From Bispira polyomma (taxonomy: Eukaryota): a stretch of 64,000 bases of DNA. A program made the translations under genes and the position numbers. Shown piece by piece: positions 26,111 through 37,810 of this stretch; within the stretch, counting starts at the first letter, position 1, and each line of letters begins with the position of its first letter. The notes under the pieces are model-generated. The model searched no databases. It was given only the letters and a program-made list of their open reading frames with translations, and was not told the origin of the DNA. The stretch is taken from NCBI GenBank assembly GCA_965649765.1, contig OZ287748.1, positions 57,412,001 to 57,476,000 on the forward strand. Reading direction: 5' to 3'.

Positions 26111-27550
26111 CTACATTGAGTAGTAAATAATCCTATATATCATGACCACATATTTTTGAAATACAATCTTTTATGTAAATTTGAGTATTTTAATATTTTG
26201 TCTTCTTGGTAGTAGGTGTTTGGCTTATCCTTGCCATATTGTATCATTATGTGTAATAAGAAATGAAACAAATTAAAGAAATACAATTAGCTGTTGTTAT
26301 TACACACTACCATAGACATACAAAAATCATCAAACATGTAATATAAATTTAGATAAACACTCATTTATTATTGTCAGAACTACATATATTCATAATATAG
26401 ATTTGCTGAGATTAAAGTTAACGGTGGTTAATTGCATTAATTTTCCATTTATTATTTATTTCCATATGTACTCTTTATTTAGAATTGTCTTTTTTAAATT
26501 AAATGTCACTCAAAGACAAAATTACTGCAACATGTGCAATATTTTTGTGTAACTTGTCAGAATACAGAAAATCCAAATTTTAAAGAATTGAAGGTATGGA
26601 AACCTCAATAAAACTAATTTTTAATTTCTGAAAAATAGTATAGTTTTACAGTTATCTTTGTACACACATTGAATCGATATACATTGTATCATATTTTAAC
26701 TAACTTATAAGCTTTAAGGCTGATTGTCAAAAATTAATACAATATTGAAACTTTTGTATAGATGTATATGTGTAACACATATTGGTATGATAAATCATTA
26801 TCTGTTAGATTCACATTTTTGGTTTCCAGCACAGTTGCATTTTAAAATGACACTCAGGGTTGAGTTGGAGGTCAGTTAATCTCTACTCAGGGTTTTATGT
26901 TCTTATGAAATTGGAAAGATGAACCTTTATTGTTCAGCATTAAAGGTACTATTAAGTTTAATTAACTAAATCGTTACACAGGTGGCAAATCAAATAAGTC
27001 AATTACAAAAGAAGGTTTCATGCCCTTAGCCCTGTCAAAAGTTTGGTTAAAAATAGGTCCAGTAATTACTGCATCATCCTGGTAACTAACTATTAGACCA
27101 ACGATGGAAAATATGAGTGTATTCAGAAATGTCACGGATGGGTGCATTATGTATACATTAGCTCTATAGGAGTACATCTTGTGACTAGAATTGCAGACAA
27201 AATTGGAAAAAAATACAACTGTCAAATCAATGTATTAGATAAAACTCAAATAAAGACCGACTTATATTTGTATGACATATATCATACTGTTTGAGAAAAT
27301 TTTTATTAATTTAGAATTTTTGAGAAGCTCAGAAGAGTAATTTTTTTATTTTGGATTATTGCCAGTTAAAACATCAATGTATAAGTTTGAAAATTTCACT
27401 AGGAATCAATATTCACTTAATTAATTCCTAGTAAAAATTCCTAAATTATAGACGGAAGTGGTTCACATTGGAAAACATACTTAGAACAATTGAAATTCTA
27501 AATTTTCTAATGCTCTAAATGTTAATTTCTGATATCGTCTGATGATAGTT

Positions 27551-28366
27551 GATGCAAATGAGACACGCATTAGGAGTACACTGATGTAAATGAGACACAC
27601 ATTAGGAGTACACTAATGTAAATGAGTCACACATTAGGAGTACACTGATGAAAATAAGACACACATTAGGAGTACACTGATGTTAAAAAGACACACATTA
27701 GGAGTACACTAATGTAAATGAGACACACATTAGGAGTACACTGATGAAAATGAGACACACATTAGGAGTACACTGATGTTAAAAAGACACACATTAGGAC
27801 TACACTGATGAAAATGAGACATACATCAGGAGTACACTGCTTTAAATAAGACACACAGTAGGAGTACACTGATGTAAATGAGACATACATCAGGAGTACA
27901 CTGATGTAAATAAGACACACATTAGGAGTACACTAATGTAAATGAGACACACATTAGGAGTACACTGATGAAAATGAGACACACATTAGGAGTACACTGA
28001 TGTTAAAAAGACACACATTAGGACTACACTGATGAAAATGAGACATACATCAGGAGTACACTGATGTAAATAAGACACACATTAGGAGTACACTAATGTA
28101 AATGAGACACACATTAGGAGTACACTGCTGAAAATAAGACATACATCAGGAGTACACTGATGTAAATAAGACACACATTAGGAGTAAACTGATGTACATG
28201 AGACACACATTAGGAGTACACTGATGTAAATGAGACACACATTAGGAGTACACTGATGTACATAAGACACACATTAGGAGTACACTGATGTAAATGAAAC
28301 ACACATTAGGAGTACACTGATGTAAATAAGACACACATTAGGAGTACACTGATGCAAATGAGACAT
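27551..28366. repeat. 32-bp minisatellite, ~25 units
   Basis: Unit GATGTAAATGAGACACACATTAGGAGTACACT. Confidence 0.97.
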
Positions 28367-29516
28367 GCCTAATGCCCTAGTCCCACGTAATACACACAAT
28401 ACAGCATAAGAATACATAGAAATTGACGCAGTATTACCTATATCAACGTTAAAAACGCTGCCTTACGAAAGATTACTTAGATTTTCAGCTAATACTGTAT
28501 TTTAGAAAGTGTTTGGGCCCATTAAAAGTGTATTTGGACATTGTAAAATCGACATCATAATACATGTAGATTTAATACCAGACTATCAAAAGGTCTAGAT
28601 CTATACAAGTACCATGTGGCGTAGGATTGCACTCTGCTGAGTGCTCTTGTTTTAAAACAGTTGTAGTTTGTACTGAGACAAAGAAGATGACTTTGTTGAT
28701 TTCTGTGTGAATGTCCTTATACCTAGTATTGTGTATCTATCTAATAGTAGTGCCAGTAGTTAGTAGTTGTATTATTAAACTTAATTAACTGCACATTAAT
28801 CAAACTTTAAACAGTGTCTCCTTCTCGAATTACTAATGACTCGCTGAAACATATATTTGTCACATGACTATTTCATAGAAACTTAAAAAAAATATAGAAT
28901 TCGATGGGGGAAAAAGTAATTAATTATAGCCAAATAAGACACTACCCACTTGGGATTGTTTTCTAAAGGTAATAGATAATATGGCAAAAATTAACCTGCA
29001 ATGAATTATTGTTATTTTTTATATTCAAAGGCAGAAAATGTGACCAAAAAAATTTATTCAGGGACAAATAAAAATGTTCCAATTTAAGAGCATTACTTAA
29101 ATTATTCAGCGGGACTCTGTATAAACTATGATAAGTATATTAATAGATTCATGTTGAGTATATAGCTAACTGTCATTACAAAAGAAAATATATGCATTAG
29201 ACTTAAGACAAAGAAATTATAACAATGGTCACTTGTCCAAAACTAGGTCAAAGAAAAGTAGAAGTGATATATAAAATGTCTGCAGTCGAAGCTTTCATTT
29301 CACACAAACAAAAGAGAATAAACATTACTAAAATAGTAGAAATATAAGAATATAACTTTACTGGATGTAATGACATAATTATCCAAGTTAGATGACACAT
29401 TAGATGTATGTATTTAAGCTGTTCAAAGGAGAAAGGCTATCAAAACCTATTTGTACAGCTAATATGTCAACATGCCAAACACTAAAGCACTAATAGAAAT
29501 AAATAACGTAGGAACT

Positions 29517-29720
29517 ACAAGACTACTGTGTAGAGCGCATACCTCTGTCAAGGGGGCCACAATACCAAAACGTGGAAAACTATTCTGAATTTTTCACTGG
29601 CCTATGCCACATCGTCTTAGCAAATGTCAGTTATATCGGCTTTGTAGGTTTTGTGTAATCTTGGTGACAAACAAAATAAACAAGTCAAAGAACATTAGAC
29701 AAAGACGTCACCTCCTTGAT
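29517..29720 (+). mobile_element. probable Helentron-type non-autonomous element; related fragments near 4057-4083 and 28617-28651
   Basis: ACAAG...TAGAGCGCATACCTCTGTCAAGG ... GACAAACAA...CACCTCCTTG. Family assignment is from memory of similar invertebrate repeats. Confidence 0.45.
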
Positions 29721-29773
29721 GACCATAATAAATCTTGAAGTATAGAACATTTTGGGTTATTAATAATAAAGTA

Positions 29774-30180
29774 AAGGCCTTTGTACACCGTTGACTACAC
29801 AGCATAACACTTCGCCACACACAAATTAGAAATAAGACAATATATAAGGATTATAGAAACTACACCCTTCTCGACACAATACTACACTATGCTACACAAC
29901 ACAGCCATTTGATTTGAAGGAATCTATGCTACATGGCACACAATTCTACGCAAGTGATTCTGGATTGCCTGTAACTTTTACCATTTTTTGAGCTAAGAAG
30001 CGGAGAGTTTGAGTAGTTCTATATTGTTTAAGAACTAATGACTGGAAAGAAATAAATGTTACTTTTGGTGATTTGATATGGATTATGTAGTGCTGTATCG
30101 TGTTTGATGTGAATAGTACTGTCGTGCTGTGTCGTCCCCTCTAGTGTAGTGCCGTGCAGTTAGCATTGTATAAAGCCCTT
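29774..30180. mobile_element. degenerate MITE
   Basis: Imperfect TIR AAGGCCTTTGTACAC / TTGTATAAAGCCCTT flanked by TAA; ACAC-rich left arm and GTGT-rich right arm. Confidence 0.5.
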
Positions 30181-31024
30181 AACATGCCATAATGCGATTT
30201 CTGCTGCTGCTTTTCATAACTAAGTTGTTATAATTGAGTTATAATGTTTGCTAAAATTCAACATTGACACTTCACAGATTTATCTACACATAATTTTCCA
30301 ATATCAATAGATATCAAGGTCCAGTGATTTTAAAAATAGCAGTATAAAGGTCCAATGATTTCAATAATAGCAGTTATTCCCCGCACCATGGATTAGAAAC
30401 AATGTAATCTGATTTGGCACAAAGTGTAAGTTATTACATTTGTATTAAAGGTTTTAATGTTGAATCAAAATCAAAGAATTCTTTTTACCTAGATATTTAA
30501 ATAATAGAAGTGATGAATTGTTGAACGATAAGCTGTCAAAATCCAGACACAATCCATCCCCCCTCCCACCAAACACCCCCCCACCAAAAAAAAAAAAACA
30601 AAAAAGAAAAAAAAACAAAAAAAAAAACCTCTGACTAAATAATAACTGTTATTCTACACAAATAATAATTTCTTCTTACTGGATACTGTTATGTTGGGCA
30701 ACAAAAACTCAGATGGCTTGCATGATAGCTCCTATGCAATTTCCCTAAAGTAGCAATGGATAGCAATTTTTACAGATAATGTATTGTAAGTCATGCTACA
30801 ATTGCAGAAGGCCTTATAGCAGACATGAACAAAAACTGTGGTTAGATTAGTGTAAATTTGTCCAAGAGATGCAATACATTTTTCTCCAGCATTGCATGAT
30901 AAATCTCATGCAATACCCGCCAAATGGCAAACTGGCACTTTTTTTATAAATGTAACATTTTTATTATTACTTAATGTAGTACATCCTAAAGTTTCTTCAT
31001 ATGTTTAAAACTCGTTGGACTTTT

Positions 31025-31212
31025 CAGTCCACTTAAGTTATAAGGTATCAGTTCAATTACAAATGTTAAGTCATAAGGTGTAAGATCAAGCGTGATGTTT
31101 GTGTAAGTCAGTAAAACTGTTCAGTTTGAGCATTTATTTATATACATGTTAATAGTATATATACAGGTAAACAAGTGTAAAATGGTTAAAATTAATTAAT
31201 TTTAAGCCCCAA
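31025..31212 (-). repeat. E1 repeat B2
   Basis: Direct repeat of 32247-32433. Confidence 0.95.
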
Positions 31213-31667
31213 TCATAGAGCACTAACAGACCTGAAGTCATAAAAATAAAAAAGGACTAGCCAAACAAAATACATAAGTAAAAGGACTAGCCAATAACAA
31301 TACATATTAAATGAATACATTCAGAAAATACTTCTTAAAATGGGATCACTCTTTTTATATTTTAAGCTATAGAAGTGGAAAGTACGTAAATCTTTAAAAA
31401 TTACATAAAACACTAATAATTCTGACATAAATCAACATGTAAACCGTATCTTAAATGGCCATAAATGGTCCATAAACCATGTTTTCATGACTTCTCGACG
31501 TTTGACATAGCCAACCGTTACGAATTCTTTCTAAACATCATTTCTACATTTTCTATAAATTCTCACCTCTGTGTGTGAGTTTCTATACGTTATTAATTTC
31601 CAACGAAGTACCACAAATAACTTCTAAACAACTTCTTTGCTGGCATGAGTTTCGAGCTAAGATTACA

Positions 31668-31775
31668 GAACCAAAGGCCTTGGGCACCAACCGCCTAGCA
31701 TAGAGGAAATCCTGCCCGTCATACCCCTCCTGGCGATGCATTGTATGATCCAGTGGAGGCATAAGAGGCAGAATC
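31668..31775 (-). ncRNA. conserved structured RNA in the E1 spacer (no known family recognised)
   Basis: 19/20-bp stem (31756-31775 with 31708-31727, many G-U pairs on the minus strand) and conserved core TGCTAGGCGGTTGGTGCCCAAGGCCT. Confidence 0.65.
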
Positions 31776-32011
31776 GCTACTTCACATGGCCCCGGTTCGA
31801 ATCCGCCTTCCACTCCAATGAGTTCTCTCTTGGAAACGACCGGGCCATAAGTCCATTGTAATAGTCAAATTAGTCAACTCATAAGTTTCTATAGTGTACA
31901 TTGTTTGCCCTATTAAGAATTGGTGTTAAGAGGTAATAAAGATAGTATAAGAAGCTCATGTTGCTGACCATTTGTCAAGCAGTAAGCTGTGGTTATAGGG
32001 GAGGTGGTGGG

Positions 32012-32433
32012 TCATAAAAAATGTTTTCCACTTATTGTTTGTTCGAAATCTACAGCTTGAATGAAAATTCAAAATGGTGCTTTAGAAAGTGAAGCCTAAA
32101 CAACAAGTGTGTGGGCTGTGATTGGCTAGTAGCCCTGTAAATAGCTACATATATCTCTAGTATAACCGAAATTAAGGTTGTGAAAATAAAAGTAAGGAGT
32201 CGTGTGTGGACTGAACTATCAGTCCCCTGAAGGGGCCTGCTGTGCACAGTCCACTTAAGTTATAAGGTATCAGTTCAATTGCAAATGTTAAGTCATAAGG
32301 TGTAAGATCAAGTGTGATGTTTGTGTAAGTCAGTAAAACTGTTCAGTTTGAGCATATATTTATATACATGTTAATAGTATATATACAGGTAAACAAGTGT
32401 AAAATGGTTAAAATTAATTATTTTAAACCCCAA
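32012..32433 (-). repeat. E1 internal B1-A2 junction (A2 32012-32246, B1 32247-32433)
   Basis: A2 repeats 37303-37537; B1 repeats 31025-31212. Confidence 0.95.
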
Positions 32434-32439
32434 GCCCAA

Positions 32440-33410
32440 CTAAAGAGAAGAAGGAATGGCAGAGGCAAAGGTATGAGGCACCACTGATGCTGCTCGTGAT
32501 GTTTTTTGTAGGTAAGCCCAAATTGAGGATGATCTCCATAGCCCGTGGGCCATTATGTTTTGTAGAGATACGTTGTGATTGAATGCGAATGAAGCTCCAG
32601 AACGTCTAAACGTGTGGAATCCATGTGAAGCATAAGGAATGCCAATGTGTGTAAGAATTTTTTCTAATGCTGTCCTAACATGAGTTTCTACTACAGTATA
32701 GTGCGGAATACCAGCGACTGCAAAAAGTGATGCAGAAGGAGGTAACTGTCTAGAAGCTAGTAATTTTTGTAATGCTAATACTGGGCAAATAACCTTATTT
32801 TCTAGTTGTAGGATTTGTATTATGTGCGTGTCTGTTCTGTTTTGTAAGTTCTTTGCCCATTTTAAGACAATATGGGCCCCTGGATGTCCAAAAATTACGT
32901 CCTGTCTAAGAAAGTGCCTAGAGCTGTCAAATTAGGCCCTTGAGTGTGGGGCGATGTTAGACAGTCTAAGAAATGCAAAATAAGCAATCATGAAAATGGA
33001 TCTGTATAGTATTGGATCATCCAAAATGGAACATGCTACTGATATCTGTGGCAATTGTGCAATCTCAAACAGTCCCTTGGGTCTAGGGCGAAATTTTGAA
33101 TTGATTGTAATGCTTCTAACAAAGAGTGAAATAGAATTGTGATTGAATGGGGCTAAATCCCAGCTCATTTTTTTAGCCATGAATTTTAGAGCAGAAAGAT
33201 AGTTTGCTACTGCAGCTGGAGAAATGTTAATTTGTGTTAAATATTCCATAAAGGCCAGTATAGAATTAACAGAAATATTTGATATGCCTGCAAACTTATT
33301 AAAAGCAAGAAAAGTTCTGAACTGATTTTCATAAGCAGTGGAAGTCTTTGGTCTGAGAGCTGTGTAGATTCTTCCACATGCTGAGGTGATGAGTTTGGTA
33401 GGGGGTGTTT
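32440..33410 (-). pseudogene. E1 tyrosine recombinase (one premature stop at 32932; fused in frame to RNaseH, probably by deletion)
   Basis: FAFLRLSN, KWAK, HGFHTFRRSGA and HGLWRSSSIWAYL supply the catalytic R, K, HxxR, H/W and Y residues. Confidence 0.9.
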
Positions 33411-35783
33411 GACAGTAGATTCTGGAAAGGGCATCTGCTATGACGTTCTTTTTGCCTGGAATGTGCTTAATATCAATACTAATGTCATATGTGGCTGTAA
33501 GCAGCCAAATATTTCTTAAACATAATGCTAGAAATTCGTCTTTTGTCTTTTGACTCTCAACAACCAGTACAACGGCCATGTTATCACAGTGAATTATCAG
33601 TCTACTGTGAGCCCATTTTTCACCCCAAATTTTTAAAGCTAGAACAATGTTTAGCATCTCTAGATGCACTATAGTAAGATCTCTTCCGTATATGTTAAAA
33701 TATGGTGTAGAATATACTTCCTTGTTCCAGACGCCTCACAAACCTTATAAGCAGGCGTCCAGGGGTAACTCATCAATGTGTGAAATGTTTTTATGGTTAA
33801 TGTATGACATACCATTGTATTGTAGTAAAAATTTCCAATTTATATCACTACGCATTTCAGCTGAAATTGTAATTTTTTTGGTATTTTGGTCTTTCCTAAA
33901 ATCTAATAATAATCTGTTTATAAAAGTTCTTGCTGGTTTCACGCACTTGTGGACATATAATAATTTTCCCAATAACAACTGAAATTGTGTACCCGAAATA
34001 TGTAATTTTTTGGAAGTGTCATTTACCATTTGTAATATACTTAAAAGTTTTTATTGCTGTATGCTAATTGTGCCCACGATGATATCAAAATCTATGCCTA
34101 AGCATGTAAGGCGAGTTGTGGGAGGTATAAGCTTATCGTCGTTCATGGGGAAACCTAGCTTTAGTAATAAATCCTTAAGAATATGGAAACCCTTATCAGC
34201 CTTACTCTTGCATAGTCATCGATGTAACGAAAGACTTTAAAGCCACGTTTAGCCATGTACGTTGCTATGGCGTCCGAACAACGCAGGAAGGCCACACTTC
34301 CATGTATCCACCCGAAGGCGACCGCAGGGTCAATGTATTGACCTTCAGCGAATCGTATGCCTAATTTAAGTGCATCAACCGGATCTACCCTTAAGTTACG
34401 GAATGCTCGGGCCACGTCAATTTTGAACAGCACTGGATCTGTAGTAGCCCTTATGGCTTCTGTTATATGATCAATAGTGGGAAATTTTAAAGTAAATTTA
34501 ACCCCATCGAATAGTGCTTTATTTACATTTTCGTTCAGAGACCGTCCTTGAGGGTAAGAAAGGTTCAATATGACTCTACTTTTGTACGTGTCCTTGGGTC
34601 TAGTTAATAGGGGTGCGCAGTGATAGTGTGGTGAATTCACTTGCTTAACTGGGCCTAACATTGCCCCTTTGACTTTTCTTTTTCAAGGTATTGTCCAACT
34701 TCCTTAGTGTATGCCTATAATTAGGGAGGTTTGTGCCTCTAATTATAGCAGCATTTTCCTTCATTTTTTCAACTGACTTAATTTTTACTGGTTCCTGATC
34801 AGGACCAATGAACTCGAATTTTGTTGAAGATAGAGGAATGAACCCCACTTTTTTCTCAGATTGACTGATGTCGAAATTTCCCTTACTGTTTGAAGTGTGG
34901 TCAGCACTGACCCCTTCAGTTTGGAAGAAGAAATCGCGTATTGGACAGGTGTATATTTTATCACAGGCCACACTCTTGAGAGTATCGTGTCCATATGCAG
35001 TACTTACATTTACTCTGTCTGCACTGCTACTGCTACCTTCACTCCATTTCTCATCACACATAATATCAATAATATTAGTTATATGCTTAGCATAGTCACA
35101 GCCGTACTGTTTGTAAGAATTTTCATCCTTGTTAAAATTGTAATAAACATTGCCTGCTTGTTTGATGTCCTCAGGATCAAGTTGGTCAATTTTTAAATTT
35201 TGAAATTTTTCTGCCTGGTTGTACAATATAGCTGTGACATATCTGTGCATGACCTGCAGTCTTTCTTGAGGCAAAGTGGACACAGGTATGTACTTTATTT
35301 GATTGTCCCGACTATGATGGTACATATAGTAAAAACCTTGAATTTCCTTGTAATTGCAACTTAAGAAAATTATGGGGGCCCAAATGGACCATTTAGGGAA
35401 AAAATGTCGCCAAGTAGTGACAGTGATTGTTACTTCTATTTGGTTTTTATCATATCCCTGCAACATTGTCCTTTCAAAGGTACCATTATAGTTGTGGGAC
35501 TTGTTGATTCGCTGACACAATTATACATTTGACTGCCCCCACTGGAGCTGGCCTGCAAATTATCATACAAGTATGAGTCATAATGTTCTGATACACAGTT
35601 GTGATCAGCCACCATGTCCTCATCTGAAACATTTAAAACATTACTGGAGTACATTATGTTAACATTATTTTCATTGTTGTAAATACAGTCAATATTCTCA
35701 TTACCATTAGGCAATAGTTTATCAGAATCATTACAATTAATAAATTTTTCAACAGTTTTAGCCTTATTAATGTTCTCATTCAT
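33411..35783 (-). pseudogene. E1 pol (RT + RNaseH), frameshifted
   Basis: RVILNLSYP, KIDVARAFRNL, FGW, YIDD, DACL, HCDNMAVV, NVIADALSR. Confidence 0.92.
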
Positions 35784-35841
35784 TACTCCTACTCTGCACT
35801 TATCTACCTATTGTTCATTCTCCTGGTTGTTGACCTAAGAC

Positions 35842-37227
35842 CTAGCTTTGCTTTCCTTGATTCGCCTGACTGTCCAGTTGTTTACTATTGGATCTGTAGC
35901 ATTTAAACTTGGGATGGTTCGAGTCCTTTCCTAGGGTTCGGCTGCAATGCCAGAAAATGTGCTTGTAGTTATTGTGGTCTGATTTGTGGCTGCACTTGCC
36001 ATTATTATACAGTTTACAGATAAGTTTAGAATCGTTGTTACTGTTAGTATTATTGTTACCTACATTTGTGCTGTTAATCATGGCTAGCTGAGACGCACTG
36101 AGCCTTTTCAGTGACCACTGGGTGTCATTCTGCCAGGACAGCTGACCCTCCTCGACCTCATGCATACTGAGGGCCCAGGCTGTCCTGACAACGTGCCAAG
36201 GTAGATATGAGGCATCTCTCAGCGCTGAAATTACTTGCCTTATCATGTCTTTCATTTCCATAGGGTTGGGTACAAGAAGTGCTTTAGCGAGCTGCCCTGC
36301 AGCCCACTGTCGTATTGTGAGTTCGTCGAAGGTCGGCTTTTTCTTCGAGGAACCCCCAACCCAATGTTCATTGGGCCATCTTACTCTGGGGTCCATGGTG
36401 GTAACGTCTGTATTGTTAAAGCGCCCTGATTTATGCTTAAGGGAAGCCTTACCTTGTGTTAAGTCACATTGGGCAAGAGCCGAGTATTGTGCCAGTTGTC
36501 GAGTCACTTTGGCCTGAACTTGTGGTAGTGATCTTAAAGCATCCAAGCTGGGTACTATCCCGTCTCGCTGGAATTCGTGTCCCATGTAACCCGTGTGTGA
36601 AGATAAAGGGGCGACTCGTCCAGTATTCTGCATGTAGGCCGATGCCACGCCACCTGGCTGTGTGGGGAACACGAACGCAGCGTTAGCCTGAGCTGCTGGG
36701 TGAGAGAGGTAACCCGTGTGTGGTTGATACCTGGACGTGGCCTAGCCATAAGTGCCTGAAGTAATTTGGTCATGTGGTAGAACCCCTCCCGCGCCCAGTG
36801 AAGGCGTAGTGGCCGTCTGCCCGACAGCCAGCTCGTGACGAGATCCGAGAATAGGAGGTGTGTGTAATGTGGGTGCGTTTGTCACTGCCTGTTGTTCAAT
36901 TTTCTGTAAACGACCAGCTAAATCTGCGTTTGACGATTCTAATCTCATAAGGATGGCTAACATCTGTTCTGAATTTTGACTGTCCGAGACGTCCGAACCC
37001 GGCCTAAGTAGGGGCCCCAGAGGTGCCATAATGGCCGAGGCATTGCAATGCATCTGTTGGATGGAATTATTATTGCTAGAGGGGCCCGCTACCTGAGACA
37101 ATTGACCGTCAAGGTTCTGAGCTATAGTATCTATTACCTGCCTTTCCTTTGTCTTCCGTGAAGTCACTGGTTTCTTGGTTAATTTCTTTACAGAGCTTTG
37201 TGTGGGCGTTTTCTTAGTACGGCCCAT
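35842..37227 (-). pseudogene. E1 gag-like ORF1 (one in-frame TAG at 36742-36744)
   Basis: Starts MGRTKK; both ORF pieces are in the same frame; C-terminal Cys/His finger CKLYNNGKC...KH...HC...HPKFKC; colinear with the open E4 gag. Confidence 0.85.
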
Positions 37228-37302
37228 GTCGATTACTTCACAATATAACACAATAAAATCAAGTTAAAAATAATAAAATCAAATATCTACAGTCCATTTC
37301 TT

Positions 37303-37537
37303 TCATAAAAAATGTTTTCCACTTGTTGTTTGTTCGAAATCTGCAGCTTGAATGAAAATTCGAAATGGTGTTTTTGAAAGTGAAGCATAAACAACAAGTG
37401 TGTGGGCTGTGATTGGCTAGTAGCCCTGTAAATAGCTACATATATCTCTAATATAACAGAAATTAAGGTTGTGAAAATAAAAGTAAGGAGTCGTGTGTGG
37501 ACTGAACTATCAGTCCCCTGAAGGGGCCTGCTGTGCA
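37303..37537 (-). repeat. E1 repeat A1 (5' terminus)
   Basis: Direct repeat of 32012-32246; homologous to 62687-62919. Confidence 0.95.
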
Positions 37538-37579
37538 AATAGCTTCATATATATGGAGCATCATGTTCATTAATTAAAT

Positions 37580-37810
37580 AATAGGATGTTTATATGTGGT
37601 TGCTCCTCTTCTTTGGAATAGACTTCCAATGCATATAAAAAGAGCTGAAAGTGTAACTGGTTTTAAAAAACTTTCAAAGACTTACTTTTTTAATCAAAAT
37701 TTGAAATAATGTACTGGAAAGGTCTTTTGGGCTCTGATACCCCGCGGCAAAGGCCTAATGCTCTAAGGATGCCCAGGAGTCTGATCCAGTACATTATAAC
37801 TGTATTAAAT
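37580..37810 (+). mobile_element. L2/CR1 LINE 3'-end fragment
   Basis: Translates VAPLLWNRLPMHIKRAESVTGFKKLSKTYFF, the typical L2/CR1 ORF2 C-terminus. Confidence 0.75.

Larger units (their letters stand above)
31025..37537 (-). mobile_element. E1: full-length Ngaro-like tyrosine-recombinase retrotransposon with split direct repeats
   Basis: A1 37303-37537, gag, RT/RH, YR, B1 32247-32433 abutting A2 32012-32246, spacer, B2 31025-31212. No methyltransferase domain seen. Confidence 0.93.

Noticed and set aside
27551-28366. CRISPR array or tandem hammerhead ribozymes (CTGATGA variants)
   Set aside because: Units are contiguous with no unique spacers, there is no stem II/GAAA geometry, and the context is eukaryotic.
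31583-31813. 76-aa ORF in the E1 spacer as an extra element protein (e.g. a hydrolase)
   Set aside because: No recognisable motif; the homologous E3a core has stops in all three sense frames, so conservation is at the nucleotide or structure level.
32050-32247. Duplicated small ORF MHSRPLQGTD... (also 37287-37538)
   Set aside because: By-product of the A repeat with non-ATG starts; not kept in the E4 A repeat.
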